Shown here one piece after another: positions 13,337 to 25,860 of a stretch of 64,000 nucleotides of DNA. How positions within the stretch are numbered: position 1 is the first letter of the stretch; each line of letters begins with the position of its first letter. The notes under the pieces were generated by a model. It saw nothing but the letters and a program-made list of their open reading frames with translations, was not told where the DNA came from and ran no database searches. Source of the DNA: Eledone cirrhosa. Its lineage: Eukaryota. The stretch lies in assembly GCA_964016885.1 (NCBI GenBank), contig OZ024741.1:360840001-360904000 (forward strand), written 5' to 3'. Both the position numbers and the translations under genes were made by a program.

Positions 13337-13436
13337 ATATTTATTAAAATGAACAGATTAAAGTTTAAGCAAAGAATCGCTGCTTTCACCCTTAACGGGA
13401 TCTTCTGAAACTTTAATCTGTTATGTTAATAAATAT
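13337..13436 (-). ncRNA. Hammerhead-like motif with one core substitution
   Basis: Minus strand: aacagattaaagttt-CAGAAGA-tccc(gttaa)gggt-GAAA-gca..tgc-TT-aaactttaatctgtt, with a perfect 15-bp stem I. Confidence 0.6.
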
Positions 13437-13469
13437 TTGCTCTACAGTTCTTATATATTTGATATATCA

Positions 13470-15042
13470 TCATCATCATCATCATCGTTTAACGTCCATA
13501 TTCCACGCTTGCATGGGTTTAGACGGGAGTTTTCCCACTTGAGGCAAGAGTGGTTGTCTTGCTCGCATAGGACTGTCGGGCGGGTTTTCTACAGCTGGAT
13601 GCCCTTCCTAACACCAACCACATTTACAGTGTGGGTCTGGGAGGTTTTTACCATGTTGCCTACATGGCCACATTGCAGTGTGGACTGTGTGTTTTTTTTG
13701 TCATGACACCTACACGACCTCATTTGTTTCGGCCTGGATGTTGTGGCACCAACATAACTTTACATTGAAAGGGGCAGTGTGGATGGGGTGGGGGTGGTGG
13801 GACGGGGGGTGTTTTTTGTTAGTGCCTACTGATTGTAGTAGGTTTTACTTTGTATTTAGGTAAGGCGGGTCTTCTCTATTACTGAGTACCGCCAAAGATC
13901 TCGGTCCAGTGACATTGTCTTGGAGAGGTGTAAGTGTGTGAGGTCGGAATCTATCAAGTCGTCCCAGGTTTTTCTGGGTCTGCCTACTCCGTGGCTACCG
14001 TCTATCTTTATTGCCCTGCACTTTTTTATACAGCTGTCGTCTTTCATGCGCATCACGTGACCATACCAACGTAGCCTTCTCTTGAGTAAACAACATCTGA
14101 TCCCTCTTATTTCTACTTTTTCCCTTAGTTCGTTAATGCTTTGCCGTTCACGTATATTACTATTACACATCCAGCGGAGCATGCAAGCTTCGTTCCTCTC
14201 TAGTCTGCATATATCCTCTGCACACAATGCCCAGGTCTCACTGCCATGCAACATTGCTGTTCGTATGCAGGCATCATACAACCTGCCTTTCATTTTTAGG
14301 GAGAACCCTTTGGCGGCTAATAGTGGTATAAGCTCTCTGAACTTTTTCCATCCAGTTCTGACTCTAGCTACTGTACTTTCAGAGCACCCTCCCCCACTGC
14401 TGATTTTGTCACCCAGGTAACGGAAGCTGTCCACTATTTCTATAGAACCCTCTGCGCAATTGAAAGAGCTAGTATTTTGTGGGCACTTGCTGGTACTTAT
14501 TGCACCAGAGCACCGGCCACATGTAAAATCTATGTTCTTAGTTAGCTTACCTGTGATCCCACTACATCTTTTATGCACCCATACTTTGCATTTGGGACAT
14601 AAAATGGATTTTCTACCTACGCCTTTCCTACACACTGAGCATAGCCATTTCCCGGAAGGGACCGGCGCCTTATTTTCTTTCCTACAAACTAGAATTTTAG
14701 TCTTAGCCAGGTTAATTTTAAGGCCTTTGATTCTAGGCCGTGCTTCCATGTTTGGAATTTCTTCTCTAGCTCAGCCATTGATTCAGCTATGAGCGTTAGA
14801 TCATCTGCGTATAGGAGTTCCCATGGGCAGCCGGTCTTGAACTCCACTGTTATAGCCTGAAGGGCAATAATAAATAGTAGGGGGTTAAGAACGGAGCCCT
14901 GATGAACACCAACTTTTACGCTAAACTCTTCACTATATTCGTTGTTAATTCTAACCTTGCTGACTGTTTCTTTATACATGGCTTGTATAGCTCTCATAAG
15001 CCATTCATCAACACCTAGTTTTCTAAGAGCCCACCAGATAAT
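13470..15042 (-). mobile_element. RTE LINE, RT C-terminal half to 3' tail, relatively young
   Basis: ORFs 14689-15141 (VGVHQGSVL, LLYADDL) and 13856-14749 (297 aa: C4HC3 cluster, FRYLG, LRWYGHVMR) are separated by a frameshift. (ATG)n tail. Confidence 0.92.
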
Positions 15043-15065
15043 GGAACACACATATATATATATAT

Positions 15066-15130
<65 letters not shown>

Positions 15131-15263
15131 TATATATACATATATATACATATATATATACATATATATATATATACATATATATTGAGCCCTTATTGAG
15201 CCCTCTTTGAATTTTAGTCTTCAAATTTATTATTATTACTATTATATATATATATTATATATA

Positions 15264-15340
15264 CAGGGTTATTCAAAAAGAATGAACCGATTTCATTGCA
15301 ATGCGTCATGAAATCAGTTCATTCTTTTTGAATAACCCTG
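15264..15340. mobile_element. 77-bp Tc1/mariner-type MITE
   Basis: TA|CAGGGTTATTCAAAAAGAATGAACCGATTTCA...TGAAATCAGTTCATTCTTTTTGAATAACCCTG|TA. TIRs of about 33 bp with 1 mismatch. Confidence 0.85.
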
Positions 15341-15414
15341 TATATTATACATATACACATATACATACATACATACATAAATATACATACATATATATAT
15401 ATATATATATACAT

Positions 15415-16422
15415 CTTCACCCACTTATTCCTAAGAGGGTCTTGGAGGCAGAGTCCGCAAACACTCCTTCCAGCGACAGTCTCTGACTGATCCGGCTGGC
15501 TCCCCAAGTGTGACCAGCCAAGCTCATGGATGTTATCCAACCATTTTGCTTGTGGTCTACCCCTGGGTCTCTTGCCGATTGGTTTTGCCCGTAAAATTTG
15601 TCCAGCCATTCTTTCCTGAGACATTCTCACCACATGCTCATAGTATCGGAGCTGTAATCTCTCAATTCAGAGAAATACCGGCTCTACCTGGAGTGACTCT
15701 CCGATGTCCAAGTTATGCATTTTATCGAGTAACGTTACTCCAAAGACCCGTCGAAAGAATCCCATTTCGGCCACTGGTATTCGCGATTGTATTCTTTCAA
15801 TCATTACCTAAGATTCATGACCATAGATAAGGGTTGACATGAATACCGAACTGAAGATAACAAATTTGGCTTTTACGCCTACCTCCTTTCTGATTACTGA
15901 ATGCTGAAGCTGGCGCATTACTGCACCAACTTTTGCAATTATTGCACTTAATTCAGCCTCTTGCCTTCCATCACTCGTGAACACGGCTCCAAGATACGTG
16001 AACTTCTCTACTGCTCCAGTGGAACATCATTCAGATGTAGAGTGCACTGCGCAGGCTTCCTTGAGGGGACGAGTGTCTCAGTTTTTGCAGCACTGATTGT
16101 CATTCCAGTCATGGAACACTTGGCATCAAACCTATCAAGTGCAAGTCGAAGATAATCTTCTGTCGAGTTAAGTAACACCATGTCAGCTGCAAATTCCAGC
16201 CGACTGATTTTACACCCGCCAGTCATGATACCACTTCCAACCTCGCTGCACATGTCAATCCTGTTCATATAAATAGGGAACAGGAGAGGTGACAGTACGC
16301 ACCCTTGGCAAAGTCCGACTCCCACATTGAATAGTTTCAATTTAACACCATTTATCCAAACACAAATGCTCAGACATTTGTATAGAGACATGAGAGCAGC
16401 AAGAAGCTGACTACCAATCCCA
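15415..16422 (-). mobile_element. RTE LINE (second family), RT C-terminal part and 3' end
   Basis: GLCQGCVLSPLLF, EFAADMV, AKTE and KRPRGRP motifs on the minus strand. Confidence 0.85.
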
Positions 16423-17781
16423 ATCAAAAAATATATTGCAGTCTTCATTTCATGCCGCAAAAACTGGTGATGAGCCTGCAACCTGTCCGGGGAGGTATAG
16501 GATGAGCACACAAAGATTGTGTAGTCCGAGACCCCAAAGAGGGTTCGGAAGGGAGCAAACCTTGACAATTGGAACCTGTAACATTACAACTTTTACAGGT
16601 AAAGAGCAGGAACTAGTGAAGGAGGCTAGATGCTACTGGCTAGATAAAGTCAGGGTTTCCTCAACAAAGTTCCATGGCTCTAATTCTGTAGATTTGGATA
16701 GAGGATGGAACCTCCACTATTCAGGTGTGGCACCAGAAATGACGGCACAAGTGGGAGTGGGGATACTCACAAGCCCCTAGTTGTCAGAATATGTTATGTA
16801 CTGGATCCCATTAAGAGGGAGGATTTGCCTGTTGACACTCTGTGGGTGGTACAAGTTTATGCACCAAACAAGGAGTCCAAATACAGATCCTTCCTTGATG
16901 AAGTCACTGCAGTTTTAGATGTAGTTAAGACTGAGTCATATATACTGACAGGAGGCTTCAATGCACATGATGGCACTGACAACCTGACAAGAGTGATTGG
17001 AAGAAACGGCGACCCCAATCTAAATATGAATGGAGAGACCTTACTAGACTTCTGTTCTAGAAATGGATTCTCTATTATGAACACCTTCTTCCTACACAGA
17101 GACATCTATAAATATACATGGTATAAGGGGAATCACGGATAGAGATCAATAATTGATTTTGTTATTGTCTCGGATTTCTTTGATTCTGTGCTGGATGTTC
17201 ATGTTAAGAAAGAGACTGAGCTGTCAACTGATCACCATCTAGTTATCTGCAACTTGAGACTACCTAAAACTAAAGAAGCCCACAAAATTGGCAGAGAAAG
17301 TAAAGGGGTCCAAAGTTAAGACATGGGAGAACTTTGGAATACAACTTCAGATCAGCAAATAAAGTGTTTTGGCAGACCATCTGCCGACTTCGTAATAAGA
17401 AGTCCTCTTTCACACCTGCTATCAGGAACACATCTGGACCTCTCTTCTCTTCAGAGAAATGCATCCTCGCGCATGGAGAGTATACTTTTCTGATCACAAC
17501 AGATCTAAACCTGATCACAACAGATTTTCTGATGTACACAAGGTGCATCTGGGACCAATAACTAATCTCTCTGAGGCTGAGGTCACAAGGGCAATTAAAG
17601 AGCTCAAATGTGGCAAGGTTGCTGAGGAGGATGCAGCACAGCCAATCAAATATTCACACTGTGGCAGGTCTTTGAGAAATCATGGGAATATTACCAAGAG
17701 GTATATTCTTGTTTTGTATACCTCAAAAAAGCATAGGACTGTTTTTCTTGAGACCTGCTGTAGAAGCTTCTTCAAGAGTAT
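16423..17781 (+). mobile_element. Inverted 5' part of the same RTE: APE endonuclease to RT N-terminus
   Basis: TIGTCNIT, QVYAPN, GGFNAH, IDFVIVS and TDHHLV, then QIFTLWQVFEKSWEY...CFVYLKKA..LQEY on +. Confidence 0.8.
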
Positions 17782-18748
17782 AGTAAAGGAGTGGGTATAA
17801 ATTCCATCCTTTGTCCCAAATGCAAACTATTGGTACACAAGAGATGTAGCGGGATATCAGGCAGGCTAGCAAAGAACATATATTTTACATGTCGTGAATG
17901 CACAGGAGCAGTAATCAGCAACTACTCACAGGAAACAAGCTCTATCAAATTCTTAGAGGGTTCTGCAGAAGCATTTGACAGCTTCTATTACCTGGGTAAC
18001 AAAATTAGCAGTGGAGGTGGATGTTCCAAAAGTACAGTAGCCAGAATTAGAACGGGATGGAGAAAGTTCAGGGAGCTATACCCGCTGCTTGATACAAAGG
18101 GTTTTTCACCTCAAAATGAAGGGCAGATTGTATGATGCATGAATACAAACAGCAATGCTGCATGGTTGTGGGACCTGGGCACTGTATGCAGAGGACCTAT
18201 GAAAGTTGGAAAGAAACAAAGTTTGCTCTGATAGATGTGCCATAGTAATATACATGAATGGCAAAGTGTAAATTAACTGGGAGAGAAACTGGGCATAAGA
18301 AGGATCAGATGCAGTGTGCAGAAGAGGAGATTGCATTTGTATGGACATTTGATGTATATGAAGGATGACAGCTGTATAAAAATGTGCAGAGTACTCAAAG
18401 TTGATGGATGCTATGGGATGAGGTGATAAAAGCTGACCTTGCACCACTGCACCTCTCAACGCCAATGACACAGGACGAAGATCTCTGACAGTATGCTGTA
18501 CAGCAGAAGACCTGCCTTCCCACGTGCACAGGATGAAACAAGATCTAGCGTTCTCTAGTATGCACCACTTCTCCTCTCCCCCTTCCATACACATCTCATG
18601 TCTTAACACTATACTTCCCCAGCTAAGTAGCCCACCGTAGACCTACCACTCCAATCTCCACCCTATATACAGGCACCCCCACTTTCCACATCTGATGCAC
18701 CTTTCTTATCAAACACATGTATACAAGCATGGAAAGCTTGTGGTAAAA
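17782..18748 (+). mobile_element. RTE LINE 3' fragment (PHD-containing family)
   Basis: SILCPKCKLLVHKRCSG...FYYLG...GWRKFREL. Confidence 0.85.
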
Positions 18749-19181
18749 TGTAATGTATCCTAGTTGGATAGTTCATTGACATAGACGTGAGGGAAGGTCC
18801 CTCGTCTATTTACCATTTTGTGTTTGTGAGAATTACAACAAAGTGAGTGAGTGTGTGCGCAAACAAGACAATAACCACAACGAGAGTTAAGTTCAACAAT
18901 TGTAAATAATGGTGGTTTATTTATACTACAAATGGAACATACCAAATGTTGACGTGGTCAGTTGTGGTGAAAGGAACGTATTACCATTACAAAAGTATTG
19001 TTGGGTTTATTGTTTGCTGTTCCCTTGGCTGCTTTCTGTGGCGTGGTACAGAGGCTGTTTTCTGGCGTGTGATCAGTCTGCTTTCTAGTGGCTGTCTGTT
19101 TACTCCTCGCGTTCTCAACCAGCGGGAGATAACTAGGGTTGTTCTATTATCCCGGCAAGAGGCGTGAGGCGTCTTACTACA
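18749..19181 (-). repeat. Gypsy 3' LTR (about 433 bp)
   Basis: Minus strand has the purine-rich GGCAGGAGATAC, then TGTAGT...ATTACA termini. Contains TATAAATAAA and a hairpin at 18781-18809. Confidence 0.7.
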
Positions 19182-19410
19182 GTATCTCCTGCCAGATTTT
19201 CAAATCATCGAGAATCGATGTCATTACTCACATGTGGAGTAAGATGGCGAACAATGCAACAAGGGGGAGCTATTCGCTCTACCAAAAATTGAATCCAGAA
19301 TAAGGATTTGAAAAATGTTAAAAAAAACAAAAACAACATGCATGTATAAAAAACAAGACAAAGAAAAAGCAGAAAAACAGAGGCCAAAAAAAAGGTGCAG
19401 CTAACATAGT

Positions 19411-20481
19411 CTAAATATAGATGGTACTGCAAAGTTTTTTGGGCCAGTGGACCCTACGACCTGAACGGGTCGTGGTCTTGTAACGTGGCGATGGTGGTGG
19501 TGTAGGGACAGGCGATGATGGTGGTTCAGGAACAGGCGTTCGCTCAACAGGAAAATACGAAGGGGTTTGTGGATCAGGAACCACAGCGTCTGTGTCAAGG
19601 TGTGCCTGCTTAAGCCTGTCTATTGTAACTGTCTCCCTGGACCCCTTAATATCTAACACGAAATGCTTAGCCGAGTGCGCTAAGACATGGTAAGATCCAG
19701 TGTAAGGCTGTGTGAGCGGGGGCTTCACAGAATCTTTCCTTACAAAGACATGCGTCCACGAGGCAATATCCCTCGGAACAGCAGTCTTGACAGTTTGTTT
19801 CCTAGTGTCCATTGGCGGCAAATCCTGGAAATAGGAGCGCAAACGGGACACGTAGGAAGCGTGATCTTGGGCATCAAGATCGATAGGGGCAAGCATTTGC
19901 CCGGGCAACGTCAGAGGGGCACCGTACAGTACTTCGGCCGGTGAAAATCCAAAGTCGACCTTCACCGTTGACCGAATCCCTAGTAGCACAATAGGGAGGT
20001 ACTCGCTCCAATGCGCCGAGTCCATTGAGGCCATTAAGGAGGCCTTCAGTTGTCGGTGAAAACACTCCACCATACCATTCGAAGCGGGATGGTACGCCAT
20101 AGTTCTAATGCGTTTAGCACCAATTAATTTTGACAGTTCGAGGAAAAGGCTCGACTCGAACTGTCGTCCACGGTCGGTAGTTATTGTGGATGGAACTCCA
20201 TAACGAGAGATCCATCCAGACACAAGAGCACGTGCTGTTGTCTCCACGGTGATGTTTTTCAAGGGGATGGCTTCAGGCCATCTCGAAAAACGGTCAATTA
20301 TGGTCAGCAGATAAGAATAACCATCGCTGACAGGCCAAGGTCCCACTATGTCAATATGAATGTGTGAAAAACGCGCATCTGGGTTAGCAAAGGTACCCAG
20401 GGGAGCCTTGACGTGTCGATGGACCTTTGATCTCTGGCAAGCGACGCAGGAACGGCACCAAGCAGCAATTTCACGCCTCAT
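19411..20481 (-). pseudogene. Gypsy integrase coding segment (356 aa open)
   Basis: CxxC zinc-finger half, [21 protein letters not shown] (DDE), GPY-like PYTGSY, C-terminal TRSGR. Confidence 0.9.
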
Positions 20482-21938
20482 ATTTGGTCAGAAAAATATA
20501 GCTGATATGAGCTTTGCTGTGGCAGAAGATCCTGGATGCGAGATACTATGTAATGCCAGAAATACGGTCCGACGATGATTCTCTGGAACGAAGGGCCTAG
20601 GCACGTCCAAAGAGACGTCGCAGAGGATTTGGCCAACTGCAGTCGACAGAGGCAAGTATTTCATCTCGCAATTCGCAAACTCAGGCAATGTAACATCCAG
20701 TGACTCAAGGGGAGGCTGATCCGCAGCCAAACGAGTCAGATCTATGTCAGAGGGTGACGAGATCGCTGTCACGAGTAAGCGGGACAAAGCATCGGCCGCT
20801 GTATTTAGTGAACCCGGAATGTGCTGGATATCACTCGTATGTTGCGAGATGAAATCAAGGTGTCTCGTCTCTCTGGGCGAGTATTTATCAGCCTTCGCTC
20901 TCAACGCAAAAGTCAATGGTTTATGGTCAGTGAGGATAGTAAATTGTCTACCCTCTAGCATATGTGAAAAATGTTTCACGGCCAAATAGATGGCTAAAAG
21001 CTCTCTTCCAAAGGTGCTGTAGCGCGTCTCAGCAGGTTTCAGCTTTCTGGAAAAAAAACTCCAGCGGTTGCTAGTAACCATTGATGTTTTGCTGTAGTAC
21101 TGCGCCCACAGCGATATCCAATGCATCAACACAAAGCGTTAGCTTTGCACCGGGTACCGGGTGAGTCAGTAACGAAGCATTAGCCAAAGCAGTTTTGGCA
21201 TGCTGAAAATCAGCAAGTTGAGTGTCTGTCAAAGAAATATCTTTGTTCTTCCTCCAACAATTTTTCAAAATTTCTGTCAGGGAGAAAAGCAATTTTGCAC
21301 AATTTGGCACGAAACGCCTATAAAAGTTAATCAGACCTAAGAACTGGCGTAACTGACGTAGTGAGATCGGTGGAGGCAAATCCTCTAGGCTCAGGCCGGG
21401 GTCGAATACCGTCAGCATCGATGACGTGACCCAAGAAAGTCAATGACTCAGCACCAAAAATACATTTGGGTGCATTAAGCTGCACGTTATACGCCTTCAA
21501 TCGGCGGAAAAGGTGGTGCAGGACATGCATCTGTAGAAACCAAGCCAGTGACAGTTCTGGATAAGCAAAACCCGGTCAACTGATCTAACTCGTCTCACAA
21601 GGGGACAACTTGTCTAACCCATGCTCGTGTGAAAAATTGATGTTAATCACTGATTATGATGTTACATACATATGTATGTGTGTGCAACTTTGGTAACATT
21701 GAAAGGTTTTGGCCAGTATTGACCCAGGCCATGTATAACTTAATAGCATCACCTGGTGAGGAGGTCACAGAATGTGTGATGAAAGAATTTTAACAAATAA
21801 ATAACCATCCGGTTATTAAACCAACCAACAGGTGTGTGTGTGTTTTTATTGGCAGCATGGCCCTCACAAAGTATAACAATATCTGTTTCAACACACATTT
21901 TCAGATAAGAAATCTTGCACAACAAATACAAAAACAAA

Positions 21939-21967
<29 letters not shown>

Positions 21968-21972
<5 letters not shown>

Positions 21973-22376
21973 TTCAGAAATTCCCACTGCTCTTTTACAT
22001 TGTATGTCTCTATTTGCTCTTCCTTACTGTCGAAAGCATTGAGTAATATGCCTCTAAATTTGTTTCTGGTTGTGGGGTCCTTCAATTTCCACATTCTTCT
22101 CCTGAAGGTTGTTCTCTGTCATCGAGATCGTCTAGCCCTGACTATAAGGTTGCTAACTAGTAGGTTATGGTTGGCGGGGCATATATATATATAACCTTAT
22201 AGTCAGGGCTAGACGATCTCGATGACAGAGAACAACCTTCAGGAGAAGAATGTGGAAATTGAAGGACCCCACAACCAGAAACAAATTTAGAGGCATATTA
22301 CTCAATGCTTTCGACAGTAAGGAAGAGCAAATAGAGACATACAATGTAAAAGAGCAGTGGGAATTTCTGAAAGATA
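21968..22376. repeat. Perfect inverted repeat, 184-bp arms (21968-22151 / 22193-22376), 41-nt spacer
   Basis: The arms read as exact reverse complements. They derive from the 5' end of the adjacent RTE. Confidence 0.95.
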
Positions 22377-24867
22377 ACCTCCTGGAAGCAACAAATGAAA
22401 TCTGTGGCTAGAGCAGGCCTCTGGGAGAGAAGGAGAGTGACTTGGTGGTGGAATAGTAGGGTGGAGGAGACAATTAAGGCCAAAAGGCAGGCATGGAAAG
22501 AATGGTGGGGGGTGGGGGTAGAGATCACTACCAGGTGGCTAGGAGAGAAGCTAGGCAACAAGTGTACTTTGCAAGAAGGGAAGCAGAAAGTAAAAAATTT
22601 AAGCATGTTATGAAATGCAAGGACCATAGATCTGAGGTGTTTAGGATTGCGAGACAATGAATCAAGGAAAATTGTGATATTGTTGGGGAGAAGTGTGTCC
22701 GGGGTGATAATGGTGTACTTGCCCTCACTGATGCTGAAAAGAAAGCAGCATGGAGGTGCCACTATGAAAGACTACTAAATAAAGAGAATGAATGGGATAT
22801 AGATAGTTTTCCCCAAGATGACCCAGCAGAAGGACTAGCTGTATAGTAAGTAAGGCAATGAAAGATATGAAGACAGGCAAGGCAGCTTGACCTTCGGGGA
22901 TAGTTGCTGAGATGCTGAAAGCGTCTGGGATGATGGGACACACCATAGTCACCTGTATAGTAAACCAAGTAATACAAAATGGGGTCATACCCAATGACTG
23001 ACATAGCAGCATCATCGTCAACTGCTACAAGGGTGAAGGGGATGCTCAAAACAGAGAAAACTATACAGGCATAAAGTTGGTTGACTAGGTCATGAAGGCC
23101 ACCAAAAGAGTCATCGCACAGCTGATTAGAGACCGAATTAACCTTGATGAAATGCAGTTTGGCTTTGTGCCAAGTAAAAGTACCACGGATGCCCGCTTCC
23201 TTGTGAGGCAACAACAGGAGAAGTACCTAGGTAAAAGTAAACCCCTCTACTTAGCTTTTGTTGACTTAAGCCTTTGACAGAGTCCCCTGTACCATTATCT
23301 GGTGGGCTCTAAAAAAATTAGGGGTAGTTAAGTGAGTGGCTTTTAAAAGCTGTACCAGCCATGTATAGAGGAACAGTGAGCATTGTTAGAATTAACAATG
23401 ACTATAGTGAAGAATTTAGCATACAGGTAAGTGTTCATCAGGGCTTTGTCCTTAGCCCTCTCCTGTTTATTATTACCATACAGGCTATAACAGACTGGCT
23501 TCCCTTAGGAACTTCTGTCTGCAGACGACCTAGCTCTCTTAGTTGAATCTATGGCAGAATTAGAGAAGAAATTCCAAACCTGGAAGTATGGCCTAGAATC
23601 AAAAGGTTTTAAAGTTCACTTGTCAAAGACTAAAGTTCTAGTGTGTAGAAAGGGAAACAGGGTCCAGATCCCACTGGGAAATGGCCTTGCTCGGTGTGCA
23701 GGAAAGGAGTAGGTAGAAATTCCATTCTATGTCCAAAATGCAAGCTATGGGTATATAAAGGATATAGTGGAACCACAGGCAGGCTATCAAAGAATGTAGG
23801 TTTTATATTCAACCAAAGCTCAGGTGCAATAAGTAGCAGGATACTTGCTCCTTCAAATGTTCAGATAGCACTATAGAAATAATTGACTCTTTCTATTACC
23901 TGGGTAATGAAATCAGCTGTGGAGTGGGGGTGTTCCAAAAGTACAGTAGCCAGAATAAGAATGGGATGGAGAAAGATCAGAGAGCTACTATGGCTACTAG
24001 CTATAAAAGGTTTTTTCCCTTAAAATGATGCATGTATACGAACAGCAATGTTACATGGTAGTGAGGCCTGGGCACTGTGTGCAGAGGACCTGCAAAGACT
24101 GGAAAGAAACGAAGCATGCATGCTCCAATGGAGGTGTAATAGTAACATACATAAACAGCAAAGTGTAAATGAACTAAGAGAAAAATTAGGTATAAGAGAG
24201 ATCAGATGCAGTATGCGAGAGAGAAGATTGTATTGGTATTGTCATGTGATGTATATGAAGGATGACAGCTGTATAAAAAGGTGCAGGGCGATCAAAATTG
24301 ATGGAAGCTATGGAGTAAGAAGACCCAGGAAGATCTGGGACAAGATGATATAAGCTGATCTTGCGCAACTGAACCTTTCAAAGACAATGACACAGAATCA
24401 AGGTCTTTGGCAGTATGCAGTAATACAGAAGATATGGTTTCCCATGTGCACAGACTCAAACATACATCGAGTAGGCACCTCTTAACCACTATACTCCCAC
24501 CCACCTACTCCTGTCCACATCACCCTTATACTGTAAACAAAACATATCCAGCCCACACTGTAACGTGGTTGTGTAGGTATCACAACAGAAAGCACCCAGC
24601 CCACACTGTAAAGTGGTTGTGTAGGTGTCCCAACAAAAGGCACCCAGCCCACACTGTAAGGTGGTCATATAGGTATCACGACAAAAAGCACCCAGCACAC
24701 TCTGTAAATGTGGTTGGTGTTAGGAAGGGCATCCACCATAGAAACCTGGCCAGAAACAGTTCTATACGAGTAGGACAGTCACCTGACCCAACTTGCCTCA
24801 AATGGGACAACCTGTCTAACCCATGCTAGCGTGGAAAATGGACCTTAAACAATGATGATGATAATGA

Positions 24868-24870
<3 letters not shown>
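22193..24870 (+). mobile_element. RTE LINE, about 2.7 kb, decayed (post-endonuclease to tail)
   Basis: TWWWNS, MQFGFVP, LYLAFVDL, VHQG, CRKGVGRNSILC and an (ATG)n tail. Many stops. Confidence 0.92.
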
Positions 24871-24921
<51 letters not shown>

Positions 24922-25199
24922 TTATGATAATTAATGTTGGTTGATTCAATCAAACGACCAGCAATGAAGTAATTTAGCAAAAGCACTCAATGTCATAGAT
25001 ACCACAAGGTATTACGTATATGGTATCAGCTAGAGTATCAATATTAAGGAAAAGAAGAGAGATGGTATCACATATTCATAATTTTAATCCATTACATCAT
25101 CCAATTATGCACATTTTGAAAGGTACGAAAAAGTTATTCAATATGTTTTCATCAGACAGGGAGTTCAAATGTAAATAAATATAAAGTTTGCTTTTGTTT

Positions 25200-25860
25200 T
25201 TGATATGCCTGCTATTGAAGACAGGTTTACTGTTGTACTTCTTTTGGGCCTGAATCTTGCCTGTTCTTCTGCCTTTCCATTAAGTCTGTTTAGAAGAACT
25301 CTTAGCAGTACTTTGCTGGGGTGGCTAAATAGGCTAATTATTCTGTAGTTCTGGCAGTCTTAAGTTTCTTTTTATGGGATGGTTATCATCAGTGATTGGG
25401 TCCACTCCTTTGGTCACTTCTTTGTTACCCATATCTTGATGACTCTGAGCCTTCTGTATGGGTGTGACAGTTGGACTCTCACAACTGATATGGAATGAAG
25501 GATCCAGTCATTCAAACAATTGCTTCAGAAGGTTGCTACACATCCCATACACAGAGCATGGAACACCAGCATATCTGTCAGTGAACATGAGTCACTTCTT
25601 GCAATGGTGAAGGGATGAGGCTTGCATGGTGTGGTCATGTAACCTGCCACAACTCCTTGTCCAAAACCATCCTTCAGAGCACAGTCAAAGGAGGGCAAAG
25701 AAGAGGCAGGCAAAGAAAATCCTGGTTTGACAACATCAAAGACTTTACTGGTTACAGCACCAAGACTGTTCTCTGCTTGACAGAGAATGGAGATCAGTGG
25801 CAACGACTGACTGCAAGGGCATCTAGAGTGGTACTCCAATGCCCGGCTGCATCAGTTGCG
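25200..25860. mobile_element. BovB-like RTE fragments in opposite orientations
   Basis: NYRIISLFSHPSKVLL on - (25230-25440). LAWCGHV...GGQRRGRQRKSW on + (25615-25860). Another decayed RTE follows at 25900-26510. Confidence 0.7.

Larger units (their letters stand above)
18749..21530 (-). mobile_element. 5'-truncated Ty3/Gypsy LTR retrotransposon (RT end, RNase H, integrase, PPT, 3' LTR)
   Basis: Domain order is RT (KCIFG, FLGH, FLGLINFYRRF), RNase H (YSTFGRELLA, TDHKPL, ADALSR), integrase. Frameshifts near 21410, 21065 and 20485. No gag, protease or 5' LTR. Confidence 0.93.

Noticed and set aside
19260-19284. PBS-like TGGTAGAGCG on the minus strand
   Set aside because: It lies 3' of the integrase, not behind a 5' LTR, and I cannot match it to a tRNA end.
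24925-25030. Minus-strand acceptor followed by DTIYVIPCGIYDIECFC*
   Set aside because: Phase does not match the 32135 donor and there is no recognisable homology.
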